Below are positions 26,301-37,998 of a DNA stretch of 64,000 nt, in pieces. Source of the stretch: Felis catus (Eukaryota). The stretch is taken from contig NC_058368.1 of the NCBI RefSeq assembly GCF_018350175.1, positions 225,868,001 to 225,932,000 on the forward strand. Direction: 5' to 3'. Every line of letters begins with the position of its first letter. The first letter of the stretch is position 1. The notes beneath the pieces are model-generated. The model saw nothing but the letters and a program-made list of their open reading frames with translations, ran no database searches and had not been told where the DNA came from. The position numbers were made by a program, and so were the translations under genes.

Positions 26301-26563
26301 GGGCGGGGCCTGGCTTGTCACAGGCCTTCCCTCGTCTTCCGGGAAGCGCGGCGGGGGCGTAGCTACAGATCGAAAGGCGGGACTTCCTGCCCAGCGGAGC
26401 ATAACTTCCCTAGTGTGCCGGAACTCACAGATCGAGGCTGGAAGCCAGCGGGCGCTCTGGTTTCTTGTGAGCTCTGAGGCGAGTAGAGGTTTGAGCGTCT
26501 GGTGGCGTTCAAGCTGTCGTCGCTAGACTTCTGCCTTGGTCGCCTCTAATCTCGGCCCTGGAG

Positions 26564-27188
26564 ATGGCGACGTACACCTGCATTACCTGCCGGGTGGCGT
26601 TCGACGACGCGGAGGTGCAACGGGCCCACTACAAGACGGACTGGCACCGCTACAACCTGAAGCGCAAAGTGGCCGACATGGCCCCGGTCACCGCCGAGGG
26701 TTTCCAGGAGCGGGTGCGGGCGCAGCGGGCCGTGGCGGAGCAGGAGAGCAAGGGCACGGCCACCTACTGCACCGTCTGCAGTAAGAAGTTTGCCTCTTTC
26801 AACGCCTACGAGAACCACCTCAAGTCCCGGCGGCACGTGGAGCTGGAGAAGAAGGCCGTGCGGGCCGTGAACCGCAAAGTGGAGATGATGAACGAAAAGA
26901 ACCTAGAGAAAGGCCTGGGCGTGGACAGCGTGGACAAGGATGCCATGAACGCGGCCATCCAGCAGGCCATCAAGGCTCAGCCGTCCTTGTCTCCCAAGAA
27001 GGCGCCCGCAGCGCCGGAGGAGGAGCCCAGTAGTCCCGTGGCGGTGGCTGATGGAGGACGTGCGCCTCACGACCGGGACCCGGCCGAGAAACCTCCCCGG
27101 CTCCAGTGGTTTGAACAGCAGGCCAAGAAGTTGGCAAAGCAGCAGGAGGAGGAGGAGAGTGAGGAGGAGGAGGACCTCGACGAAGAAG
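26564..27188 (+). CDS. ZNF622: ZNF622 coding exon 1 (zinc fingers 1-2, acidic tract)
   Basis: MATYTCITCRVAFDDAEVQRAHYKTDWHRYNLKRKVA is the Rei1/ZNF622 N-terminus; donor G|GTAGTG; 625 bp. Confidence 0.95.
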
Positions 27189-27244
27189 GTAGTGGCTCTG
27201 TTGCGGGGGGCGGGGAGGTGAAACTGACGAGTGAGGGTGGTTGA

Positions 27245-27390
27245 GATCCTTTCCCAAGTGACTTGTCGGAGCATCAGGCCCGCAGGGAATTTTGTCTATT
27301 TCGTTAACTGTGGTAGATTCAGGGCCTGGAAGCTTATCGGGGGCGTTATTTAATAAATAGTTATTTAATAAATAGTAGAATGAATTGATG
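27245..27390 (+). mobile_element. L2 3'-end remnant in ZNF622 intron 1
   Basis: ttttgtctatttcgttaactg...gggcctgg...aataaatag...gaatgaattga resembles the L2 3' tail. Confidence 0.55.
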
Positions 27391-27915
27391 ACTTCCGTTT
27401 TGAAGGAGAAGGCGTCGAACACACGCATGGGGTGGGGGGGGCGTGTTACCGCGCACACCAACTGCGGCAGGGTGTGTGATTCTGCTCGGTTTCTAGTTAT
27501 GATGGCTTCGCACTTAATTCAGTTAAGACAGCAAAATGAGGGGTTCAAAATGCGGGGGTTAACCTGAAATGTGGAGCTGGAGCCTCCTCCGTTTTACGAG
27601 CTGTTTATTCCTCCCTGCCCTCGTGGCACGTCCTGTTACTACTGATTGTGTACGTAGAGGCCTGGGAAGGAAGTACAAGGAGATTCCTGCATGCTGGAAA
27701 AGAAAGCTTAGGGAACGTTTTAGCGCCACAGATTTGTCCGTGTAACTTTAGCTAACGTCGAGATCGTGAAAGAGGGTTTGTCCTGCAAGTGGCATTCTCC
27801 AGGCCCGAACGGAAGGCTGCTCTGCCTCATGCTTGGGAGTCTTTGTGGTTTCTTCGCCGGCAGTTACCAACCACCTTGTTAAACTAACTTTGTTTTTCAA
27901 CTCTCTGGCGTGAAG

Positions 27916-28176
27916 ATTGGGAAGATATCGATTCTGATGAGGAGTCGGAATGTGAGGATGCTGAACCAATGGACGAGGCGGAGGAGCCGGATGCGTTGGA
28001 GGGGGAGGCTGGGGGAGGCCCCCTCGGCGGTGCTATCCCCATAACAGACTGCTTATTTTGCCCCCATCATTCAAGCTCCCTCATGAAGAATGTGGCTCAT
28101 ATGACCAAAGTCCACAGCTTCTTTATTCCCGACATAGAATATCTTTCTGATCTTAAGGGACTGATTAAATACTTGG
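27916..28176 (+). CDS. ZNF622: ZNF622 exon 2 (zinc finger 3, CLFCPHHSSSLMKNVAHMTKVH)
   Basis: tgaag acceptor, gtaagt donor, 261 bp, frame-consistent. Confidence 0.93.
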
Positions 28177-28405
28177 GTAAGTACAGTAGTTTTCCTTTTA
28201 ATGAGCAAATGCCACGTTATTGGGGGTCAAGTTTTAGGAGAACATTGCGTTTTTTGTTTCTCATCGATGTTTGATTTAGTTATCTGTTTATTTTGTAAAG
28301 ATCAAAAATTTGATGCATGTTTTTTGAATTGCGGAGATACATTGTGAGCTCTGAGCTGGCCGCAGAAAGCTGCCCTTGTGTTTTGTCCTCCACTTATTTT
28401 TCCAG

Positions 28406-28568
28406 GAGAGAAAGTTGGCGTTGGGAAGATTTGCTTGTGGTGCAATGAGAAAGGGAAATCCTTCTACTCCACGGAAGCTGTACAGGCACACATGAATGAC
28501 AAAAGCCACTGTAAGCTCTTCACGGACGGTGATGCTGCTTTGGAATTTGCAGACTTCTATGATTTTAG
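28406..28568 (+). CDS. ZNF622: ZNF622 exon 3 (zinc finger 4, CLWCNEKGKSFYSTEAVQAHMNDKSH)
   Basis: ttccag acceptor, gtaagt donor, 163 bp. Confidence 0.96.
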
Positions 28569-29557
28569 GTAAGTCTGTCGTGTGCAATGTGAAGCCAGGT
28601 GGGGTCATCACACTTGAACCTAATTGATAGCGGTGTGCCTGTGCCTGATGCATGTGCCGCCTGTGCCTGATGCATGTGCCGTATATGCATTACGGCTCTT
28701 TTAACACTTCCGTGTGGGGGACTGTTCCGTGTCATTTTGTCGATAAGAAACTAAGAGTTGAGCCCACACATCTAATAAAAGAGATCTGATAAAGAGAAGA
28801 TCTCAAGTCCAAACTGAAGTTTGTCTGACTTGAGAATTTCTTTTTCTTTATCGGTGGTTTAAATGATTAGCAGGTCACTTTTGCCGGCCCCCTTGTGAAC
28901 AGAGGGACTGAAGTGAGATTTCATGTTTTGGTTTCCCTGAGAGTCCTTGAATCACAGGCTGTCTCCTAAGGGAATTGAGTTGGTTGCTGAATGAGGCCAG
29001 TCCCAGGCATTCAATGGTGAGATTATCCCATAGGTGGCTCACCCTTAACTAGAAAGTCGGATAATTCACGCATGATGCCAGGAATCTGTGGCAGGCACTT
29101 TTGAACAGCTGTAGTGTCATGATACTTAGGACCTAGCACAGGTGTGCTAAGCAAGCAGATGTGTGTAATTACCGTGCCAAATATCCACCGTCTCCAGATA
29201 CATGTGTTCAGAAAAGTCCTAGCCTTTTAAATTATCCTTTTGCATCTTTCTCCTGATTTCTCACTCTTGTCATCGAGGAGAAGTTTTTCATTCAGCCGTG
29301 TCGGTGGCTATGTAGTGGTATCCCACTGTGGTTTTAATTTTCGTTTCCCTGATGTTACCTAATGTAGTTGAAAACCTTTTTGTATTAATTGGTCACTTGG
29401 ATACTCTTGTGAAGTGCCTGATCAAGTCTTTTGTCTGGTTCTTTATTGGGATTGGGTGATCTGTCTTATTACTAACATTTTAATGTGTAATTCTCCAATT
29501 TATTTTCTATGTGTATTTGAGAACATGTCTACGAACATAAAGAATCTTCTGGAATTG

Positions 29558-29768
29558 CACTGTCCAATAATGGTAATTACTAGGTGCATTCATAGGACTA
29601 TTTAAGTTAATTAAAAATCAAGTTAAAAATGTAAAAATTCAGTTGTTTAGTTGTACTACCTACATTTCAAAACTCAGTGCCTAAAAGCACATGTGACCAG
29701 TAGCTACTTTATTGGACACACAGGCACAGAAAGTTTCTGTGGTCACAGAATCTTTTCAGACGGCACTC
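29558..29768. mobile_element. MER3/MER33-like hAT element
   Basis: cactgtccaata...aaaattcagtt...cacatgtgaccagtagctac...ttggaca. Confidence 0.7.
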
Positions 29769-29899
29769 TCCTAGAAGTTGTCTTAGAATGGCTAAATTCG
29801 GGAGAGCAGCATCTCTAGCACTACCTTCTCCTTCCTCCTATGGAGAAACAAATAGGTGAAAGAATTCAGTTGGAGGCCATTTGCTCAGTCATTTGTGTT

Positions 29900-31125
29900 T
29901 TTTTTTTTTTTATAAAGAAAATTTTATATTTACAGCGAATTTGAGCAGAAGGTACAGAGATTTCCCATATAACCCTTGCCCCCTGACACATACATAGCCT
30001 CCCTCGTTGTGGACATCCCACACTAGTGGTACATTCCTGAGTGATGACCTTACATTCGTATCTCATCATCGCCAAGTCCGTAGTTTATGCTAGGGTTCAC
30101 TCTTGGTGTCGTACATCTTCTGTTTGGACGAATGTATAATGACCCGTGTCTACCGTTATTGTATCATACAGAGTAGTTTCACTGCCCTGAAAATCCTGTG
30201 GATTCCGCCTGTTCTTCCCTCCTTGTCTCTTCAGACTGGCTTCTTTCACTTAGTAACGTGCATTTAAGTTTTCTCCGTTTCTTTTCGTGGCTTCATAGTT
30301 CATTTCTTTTTAGTACTGAATACGGTTCTGTTTTCTGGATGTACCACAAGTGTATTTATCCACCCAGCTACTGAAGGGCGCTTTTGTTGCTCCCACGTTG
30401 GGGCAATTATGAATAAAGCTTCTATAACCATCAGTGTGCAGATTTTGTGTTGTTGACATGTTTTCAGCTCCTTTGGATAAATACGAAATAGCACGATTGT
30501 GGATCCTGCGGGAAGAGTATGTTTGGCTTTGCAAGAAACCCCCAAGCTGTCTCGGAAAACGGCTGCACCATTTTGTGTTCCCGCGAGCGATGAGTGAGGA
30601 TGCCCATTGCTTCACATTCTTGCCGGCATTTGATGTTGTCAGTGTTCTGGATTTTGGCTGTTTTAATAAGCGTGTGTAGTGTTATCTCTTTTTATTTTGC
30701 ATTTCCCTCATGACATGATGTGGAGCACCTTTTTACACGCTTGTTTGCAGCCTGTATATCTTAGTGAGGTGCCCGGTGAGGTCCCTGCCCCATTTTCAAG
30801 TCTGGTTTATATTCTTATCACTCAGTTCTAAGAGTTCTTTACATGTTTTGAATAACGGTCCTTTATCGGATGTGTCTTCTGCCAACATTTTCTCCCAGTC
30901 TGTGGCTTGTATTGTAATTCTCTTGACACTGTCTTTCCCAGAGAAGTTTTTCATTTTAGTGAAGTCCATCTTACCAATTATTCCTTTCATGGATCATGCC
31001 TTTCGTGATGCACATAAAAAGTCCTCACTGAACCCTAAGTCATCTAGATTGTCTCCCATGTTATATTGTAGTTGTTCTTATAGTTTCGTGTTTTACGTTT
31101 AGGTCTGTGATCCATATTGAGTTTA
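29900..31125 (-). mobile_element. L1M 3' fragment (ORF2 end plus 3'UTR), antisense in ZNF622 intron 3
   Basis: Track ORFs on the minus strand resemble L1 ORF2 (KNFSGKDSVKRITIQATDWEK; IYPKELKT...EALFIIAPTWEQ). Confidence 0.88.
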
Positions 31126-31330
31126 TGGGTCACTTGTACACTCTGTCTTACAGAGGATGCGACCAAGTTGACTTTCCTCCTAAAAGTTTCAGCTTGCCGT
31201 GCCTGCAGCGGTTGGTTCCCTGCGCTTAGGTAGCCAGTGGGTTTGCCGGTTTGCAAACACAATTTGTCTTTTAGTCAAATTTGAGGTATTAGTCTTTTTA
31301 TTAATGCCATTATTAATGCCGCTGTTACAG

Positions 31331-31443
31331 GAGTAGCTACCCAGATTACACGGAAGGGGGGCAGCCTGATGGGACTGAGGACTTACCCTCCGAAAAGACA
31401 TTAGAATATGATGATGAAACCATGGAGCTGATTCTGCCTTCTG
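31331..31443 (+). CDS. ZNF622: ZNF622 exon 4, SSYPDYTEGGQPDGTEDLPSEKTLEYDDETMELILPS
   Basis: ttacag acceptor, gtaagt donor, 113 bp; completes the DFRSSY and ELILPSG family motifs. Confidence 0.94.
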
Positions 31444-33321
31444 GTAAGTATGTTTGGCAAAGATGGCATAACGCGGGTGAGATGATTAGAGAGGCATGTT
31501 CCCATCAGTTCTCTTCCGTACTGGAGGAAGTCGTTACAGTTTTATGTTCTCAGGTACATAGTAATGAAGGTCTCCACTTAGCTCTGTGTTGGCTGTTTTG
31601 TTTAAATTAGATCAGTGTTTTTGCTCACTTCTGTTATGATTTTGAATGCTTTCATCAGTCATCTCCTTTCAGATACATAGACGTTTTCTCTTTGGTTCTT
31701 TCTTGTTATTATTGCCTCATTTAGGTTTCTCTTGTTAATGTTGGCCGTACTCTTATTCTTTGAACTGATTCCTGTTTCCTCACGTTGCTCAGACTCCCAG
31801 GTAGTCTGGCACGGGTGTATCGGGCTGACAGCGCCTGGCCCAGTTGCCTGTTTATTTCCTAATTGTGGCAGGGAGGCTCGGAGTTTGAGTTCTGCCTTCT
31901 ACTTTAGGGAACAGGATTTGACTGATATGGTGGGGATTTATCCCAGGTGGGGATTTATCCCAGGTATGAAAAGGTGGGGGGAGAAAAAGCCATGAATATG
32001 AGAAGCATCTGCTGTTGTTTACAATGTTATGATTAGCTGATAAGAACGGGAGAAGCTACAGAAGACCCGTGGGAAGGAAAGGGAATGGAACAGAAGAGCT
32101 GACAAGATCCTAATAATACGTGGTATTTACTGAGCACTTAGCATGGTAGGTGGATACATTATTTTATCTTTAGGAGCCAGTGAGTTGGATTCTGTTATCC
32201 TTATTCGACCTGTGAGCCAGCCGAAGCTTAGATAGGTGGAGTAACTGACCCAAGATCATAGACCAGTCAGCGAAGCCTTCTCCACTCCCCCCACCCTGCC
32301 TTGGGAGATTTGCAGTGATGCTGCGTAGGAGCAGCTGTCCTGCTCATGGACACGACTGGGGGGAAGAAGCCATCTTATGTTACTGCTTTTCACAAGGAGT
32401 ATCACTGCTTAGGTACAGACAGCCCTCTTTAATTCAGAATAATAACCTTTTAAGGCTAAGGACAGCTTTAGAGTATGACAGTAGAAGAAAAGGGCATGCG
32501 GAGCCTGTCTTGAAGATACAGGTCTCCTTACAGTGATAAGAAAGGTGTGGAATGCACAATGTCGTGGCCTGTGCAATAAACAGTAGCAAAACCAGCCTAG
32601 ATATATCACAGAGAACCTCTTCTAGTCTTCCTCTGGTGAAAATGCCAGTACATTACATCAGAAATGAGCTTCCTAACTTCATTTCTAAGACTATGACCAT
32701 CTTTTTTCGCTCCTTATCTCATTAGCATCCACTTCCTTGACTGTAGAGTGAGATTACAACACTCTTTGAGTGAGTTGAATAAGGTGATCCCTTGTCAAGC
32801 AATGTCTGGCATGTCACTGTGAATGGTGGCTTCGGTTTGCATCAACTGTAGCCTGGTACCTACCAAAATATGCACAACAGTGAGCATAGCCTATTTAAGA
32901 AATAGAGTCTATTTGAGAGAAATTTTCGTCTAAACCTAGAATTTTGAAACTTAACTAGGGATTCTTTTTTTATTTTTTAATCTAGAAAACACATTTTCCT
33001 AGGATGATTGCGTTTTCCAAGATTAACCAAAGCCAAAAATAGGCATCATCTTAGGATACTCTCTTTGGTCGTCTCCCACACTGGAGCGATTACGAAGTAC
33101 AATTCCTAAACAACCCTTTCATATTTTTCTTCTTTGTTTCCTGTTTAACATTTGTCTATGTCACCATTACCGCTTCCTAAATGGCCATCTGCAATCTGAT
33201 TTCTGTTCAACCACTTAGCACATTCTTCTTAAGACAACCAGTCTGTTTTCTTTTCCCTCTGGAATTCTTCCAGGGGGGGCCATTGTTTTTCAGGTAAGTT
33301 AGGTTCTCTAGCTGCTGCCCT

Positions 33322-33343
33322 CCCCCCCCCCCCCCCCCCCCCC
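33322..33343. repeat. Poly-C homopolymer (C22)
   Basis: Directly visible. Confidence 0.95.
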
Positions 33344-33854
33344 GCTCCAGGTATCTATTCCTTTACCTACCCACTTGCAGTTTCCCTCCTCTGAGTCTTT
33401 GCATGGGTGATGCCTCTGACTTACTGCTACTTGTCCTTTAAGACTCGGGTCCACCCCTCCATAAGCCCTTTGGAACTCAGCTCCTGCCCTGAGTATGGAG
33501 AGTCTCCTCTGCTCCTGGGGCACTTGCCAATCTGTTGTAACATTTCTCTCACTGCTTTGTAAGTGCTGGCTTGCTTGCCTGCCTTCCCCCATTACTTTTG
33601 AAAAAAAGATTGCTTCTTCCATCTCACCACAGGGTCTCAGGCACACATGAGCCAGATGATGTTTGTTGACTCAGTGACTGAGAGGTTGGAGGCGACTTTA
33701 AAAGGAAAGCAAGGTTGATTCCCTTGGGCCTGCCATAGTGTAGGAGAAACAGGGCAGAGGGAGCCGTTGTGGGTGAAGAGGGGGCCCCGGTGGCTTGGAA
33801 TCATTGGTCTGCAGGACTGTGCAGTGGCTTGCTTTGTCTCTACATCATCGTGCA

Positions 33855-34032
33855 GTCCAAGGAGAAAGTGAGAGCGTGGGCACGGGAGGGACAGAGAGAG
33901 GGACAGAGGATCCTAAGCAGGCTCTGCTGACAGCAGAGAGCCCAACGCGGAGCTTGAACTCATGAACCACAAGATTATGACCTGAGTTGAAGTCAAGTCG
34001 GATGTTGAACTGACTGAGCCGCCCAGGTGTCT
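33855..34032 (-). mobile_element. Older SINEC
   Basis: agcaggctctgctgacagcagagagccc...ctgagccgcccaggtgtc. Confidence 0.8.
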
Positions 34033-34446
34033 CAAAGAAGGAAGTGGCTTGAGATTAATTTGAAGGTCCAACTTCCCTGGTCTTTAGAGCCAGGGTTTCC
34101 TTGCTCAGTGCTACTGGTCCACCTACTGAGTCACATTATTTTAAAGTACTGGATAATAAACCCCAGGACAACTTTTTTATATCAGACTTGGAAGTAGTAA
34201 ATTACAGTAACTGGTTTGGTGTTAGTGTGAAATACTGTACTTTTAGCCACACTCAGGAAAGACCTAACCCAACAGCCAGATAACCTTACCCCACAGGTTC
34301 TTAACCAGGCCGTACACATTTTTTTTCTGTGAGTGTGTGTACTCTCCTGGGTAAAGGCTGTGCAGAGTCTTAGAGTCACCTGTGTGGCCATGAATGCCTT
34401 TTTAAATTGAACAGCTAAGTACAATTTTTCAGGGTAAAGGCTGTAG

Positions 34447-34947
34447 TTTTTTATTCCTTTATTTCCTTCCTTCCTTCCTTCCTTCCTTCCTTCCTTCCTT
34501 CCTTCCTTCCTTCCTTCCTTCCTTCCTTCCTTCCATTCAAAAGCATGCGGGAGCAGACAGGAGAGGAAGAGGGAGAGAGAATCCCAAGCAGGCTCCACAT
34601 GCAGTGCGGAGTCTGACATGGGGCACAATGCAGGGCTCGATCTCAAAGCTGTGAAATCAAAGTCAGACACTTAACCTGTTGAGCCACCCAGGTGCCCGAA
34701 GGCTATAGTTTTGTTTTTTTTTTTTTTTTAATTTTTTTTTTCAACGTTTTTTATTTATTTTTGGGACAGAGAGAGACAGAGCATGAACGGAGGAGGGGCA
34801 GAGAGAGAGGGAGACACAGAATTGGAAACAGGCTCCAGGCTCCGAGCCATCAGCCCAGAGCCCGACGCGGGGCTCGAACTCACGGACCGCAAGATCGTGA
34901 CCTGGCTGAAGTCGGACGCTTAACCGACTGCGCCACCCAGGCGCCCC
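34447..34947 (-). mobile_element. Two adjacent antisense SINECs: an older one with a (TTCC)n tail (to 34698) and a young SINEC_Fc (about 34710-34947)
   Basis: (TTCC)n at 34463-34533; young copy flanked by TSD ggctatagtttt. Confidence 0.9.
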
Positions 34948-37167
34948 ATGGCTATAGTTTTTAAAAGCACTTGTGACCCGGAGAGGATTAAGAGCCACTA
35001 ATAAAAATATCTAAATATATGTTACTCTGTACCTTCATGGATCTTCCTTAGTGGCTGATTGCTAAGACCTTATTATGCAATTTGCTTAAATAATAGCAAA
35101 ACATAGCTTTCTTAGTGAATCAGAAACTGCTAGTATTCTTCTGAAATTTCTTCCAGCTATACTGATATCTTGCTTTTCATGTCACCCATACTTCCATCAT
35201 CTTATATTAAAAATTAGTCCTCCTTCAGTTGATCCTCATTACAGTGAGACACGATGGTTTATATTCCACTGGTTTGCCCTCCTGTCTTAGTACTGGTTTG
35301 GGATGTTTTGTAATGAGCCAAGGGAATGGGAGATCTCTGAATAAGCACTGTAAACATGTAGCAGTATTACAGCAGTATATTCAATCACCTGTTTATGTCT
35401 TTGAGCAAATTTAGCATTCAGAAACCTTTTCAGTTATGCTCGGTTACTTGACTGTTAGCGTAAGATGTTAGCATGAAGCTAAGTCGGGAAGGATTCTAGT
35501 GTGGAGAGCTTGGTGATACTTCATCAACCACACTCGGTAGAGTCTGCTTTGAACTGGTTTCAAAAGCAGTAGTGGTGATGTCTTCAATCTAGTTATTTCA
35601 GATCAAGGAGATGATCCCAGAGCCAGTGACAAAGAGCATCCGGTAGAGGGCACTGTGAGCATTTACTGCAAAGGCGGTGGTCTGGCTCTGTTCCTTGAGT
35701 TTGCTTTAGTGTTCTTCAGCTCCCGTGGAGTAAGTTGGTGTCAAAGACACATCCAGTTAGCTGCTGAGTAGCCAGATGAAACTGTTGGTGGATCCACGGG
35801 AATACATAATGAATCTTAGGAAAATTACCATTGGAGATATTTTCTTTCCACTGTCTAATGTCTTCAGTTGTAGGATTGGACAGTTTTATAAGTGGTTATT
35901 GCCACGATGAAAGGTAGATGGACAGATTGTGGCTTTACCATAACTAAGACGGAACCCATCTGTTATTTACTGGGCAGTCACACTGTGTTCTAAAAATAGT
36001 TTTCCTTGATAGGGCCTTCAAGTCGAGCTGCTCTTGGCACATTCTTGGGGCTTAATGTCAGGTACTCACTGTCATTGACACAGGGCAGGGGTAGCTCTAA
36101 TCTGTGTGTTTTCAGTTCCCCCGCTGGCTGTCAGAAACCTTGGTATTGAGTTATGAAACCTTTTCAAGGATGTTCTTCAATAATACATATTTGTCTAAAT
36201 GCTGCTTATCACTATAAATACGTCGGTTGATTTTGTACTAATGACTGGCACTGTCATGTGATGATTTTGAGCATTGCAGACCTGGAGCATCCTGACCTGT
36301 TCTTATAAGTAGAAAATTATAATAATAGGTTTTCCTGCCATAGCAGCTCTTCGTTTAAGCTTGAGTCTTTATTCATTGGCTGCGTCTTATTTCTTGTGGT
36401 TTAGGAGCTTTGTTAACTCTGAGGCCACCAGAAGAGCCAGGTTCAAGGAAACATGTGTTCATCCATACTGGTAACCAAAAACCAAGCCATCTTTGAATTG
36501 AAAGGTTTCTTTGCATTTCTTTCTCTTACCACAAAAACAGTCATGACAGTAACTACTTTTCCGTATCTGTGTAGCAAGCAAACTGTTTTCCAGGTAGCTT
36601 GCCCTACGGGTAGGGACTTAGAATAACCGGACCGAATTTTTCATGTAAATGAACGGTCTGGAACAATGTAAAACTTTCCTAGCAGCTGTACACGTGGTTC
36701 TCCCGAGCCATATTTCCTCTATTCATTTTCAGTGGTAATAGCTGTTTCATGCCTTGTGTATATGCTCTTGTCGAATTTCTACATGTATATGTCTGTCTGG
36801 GAAGGCGCCTGATTAATATTCTTGTGAGGGAATTGTATTTAGTGTTGTATTTAGCAAGCTCTCAGGTAAGGCTGACACCACTGTCCCAGGATCACCTTTT
36901 GAGAGCCACTGCGCTGACGGAGCCTGGAGTTAGCCCTCACTGAAGCCCGTCCCCTTCCGTTTCACTTGCTGTGAGCCTAAGGGTCAGCACACTTTTCCTA
37001 TAAAAGGCTCCGTAGTCCGTAGTCATTCACCTCTGAAAGCGTGATTGACTTGCATAGTTTTACCAGATCCTTCTGGATAAGCCCAACCTGGAGAGGGAAT
37101 TCAGCTGACTCATCCTTTAAAATTGTAGCTCACCAGGTGAGTTCCATCATTTAGAAAATAACAGGGC

Positions 37168-37370
37168 AGGGTTTCTCAATGTAGTGACCTTTTAGGCCAA
37201 GTAAATCTTTGCTGTGGAGGACTGCCCTGTGCATTGGAGGATGTCCTCTAATATCCTTGACCTCTATCCAGTAGATGCTAGTAGTCCCCCTCCAGCTATA
37301 ACAACCAAAAATGTCTCTAGTCACTGCCAAATGTCCCTGGAGGTAAAATCATCTTTGTTTGAGAACCACC
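37168..37370. mobile_element. MER20-like hAT-Charlie element
   Basis: ctgccctgtgcattg...acaaccaaaaatgtctctag...ctgccaaatgtccctgg...ttgagaaccac. Confidence 0.88.
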
Positions 37371-37854
37371 ACCATGGAGAATTTAAGCAAAAGAAAGGTG
37401 GATTGATTCTTGTTCTAGACCTAGACCGTGGCTTTTAAACTTAAACATCATTATTGTGTGCTTTATCTTTATATTAAAAAACAAAAAACAAGTTAAAGTC
37501 CTTTACCTCTTTCCTAGGACCCTATTATCCATATCAGTAAGAATTGCCATGTGAATTTCTGGAGAGGCATATCGTATATAAGTATATAAGTACAGGATGC
37601 TGAGATTTCACGTGACAGTGACTTGCCATTCTCTTTTTTAAAAAAATCCCTCTACTTTTTTATTTTCTGTCTTTACTTCATTTTTTAATATGCTACTTCA
37701 TCTTTCTTTAGCAGATAGAGCACTTTTTCTTCTGGCTTCTCCATTTTCCAGCTAGATACCCTTAGAAGTCTGATTTGGAAAGTCCTTGCTCTGTAGCTCT
37801 ACCTTGAAAAACTATCTAACTCAGCATTTCAATATTGTTTTTTTTGAAAAACAG

Positions 37855-37998
37855 GTGCCAGAGTGGGTCATCGCTCCTTGATGAGATACTACAAACAGCG
37901 ATTTGGCTTGTCAAGAACCGTGGCTGTTGCTAAGAATCAGAAGGCCGTGGGCCGGATACTCCAGCAGTACAGAGCCCTGGGGTGGACCGGCAGCACAG
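37855..37998 (+). CDS. ZNF622: ZNF622 exon 5, (G)ARVGHRSLMRYYKQRFGLSRTVAVAKNQKAVGRILQQYRALGWTGST
   Basis: aacag acceptor, gtgtgt donor, 144 bp; GHRSLMRYYKQ Rei1 motif. Confidence 0.95.

Larger units (their letters stand above)
25650..27480. promoter_or_regulatory. ZNF622: CpG island / ZNF622 promoter and first exon
   Basis: Dense CpG; GC box GGGCGGGG at 26301; several GGAA ETS cores at 26340-26445; CCAAT boxes; YY1-like GAGATGGCG over the ATG. Confidence 0.9.

Noticed and set aside
25437..26526. Long ORFs of 304, 191 and 151 aa over the ZNF622 promoter
   Set aside because: Explained by the stop-poor GC-rich island and the 26-bp repeat (repeated INTH/AQST peptides); no recognisable domain and mostly non-ATG or weak starts.
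26546..27461. Antisense ORFs overlapping ZNF622 exon 1
   Set aside because: Shadow frames of a GC3-rich coding exon.
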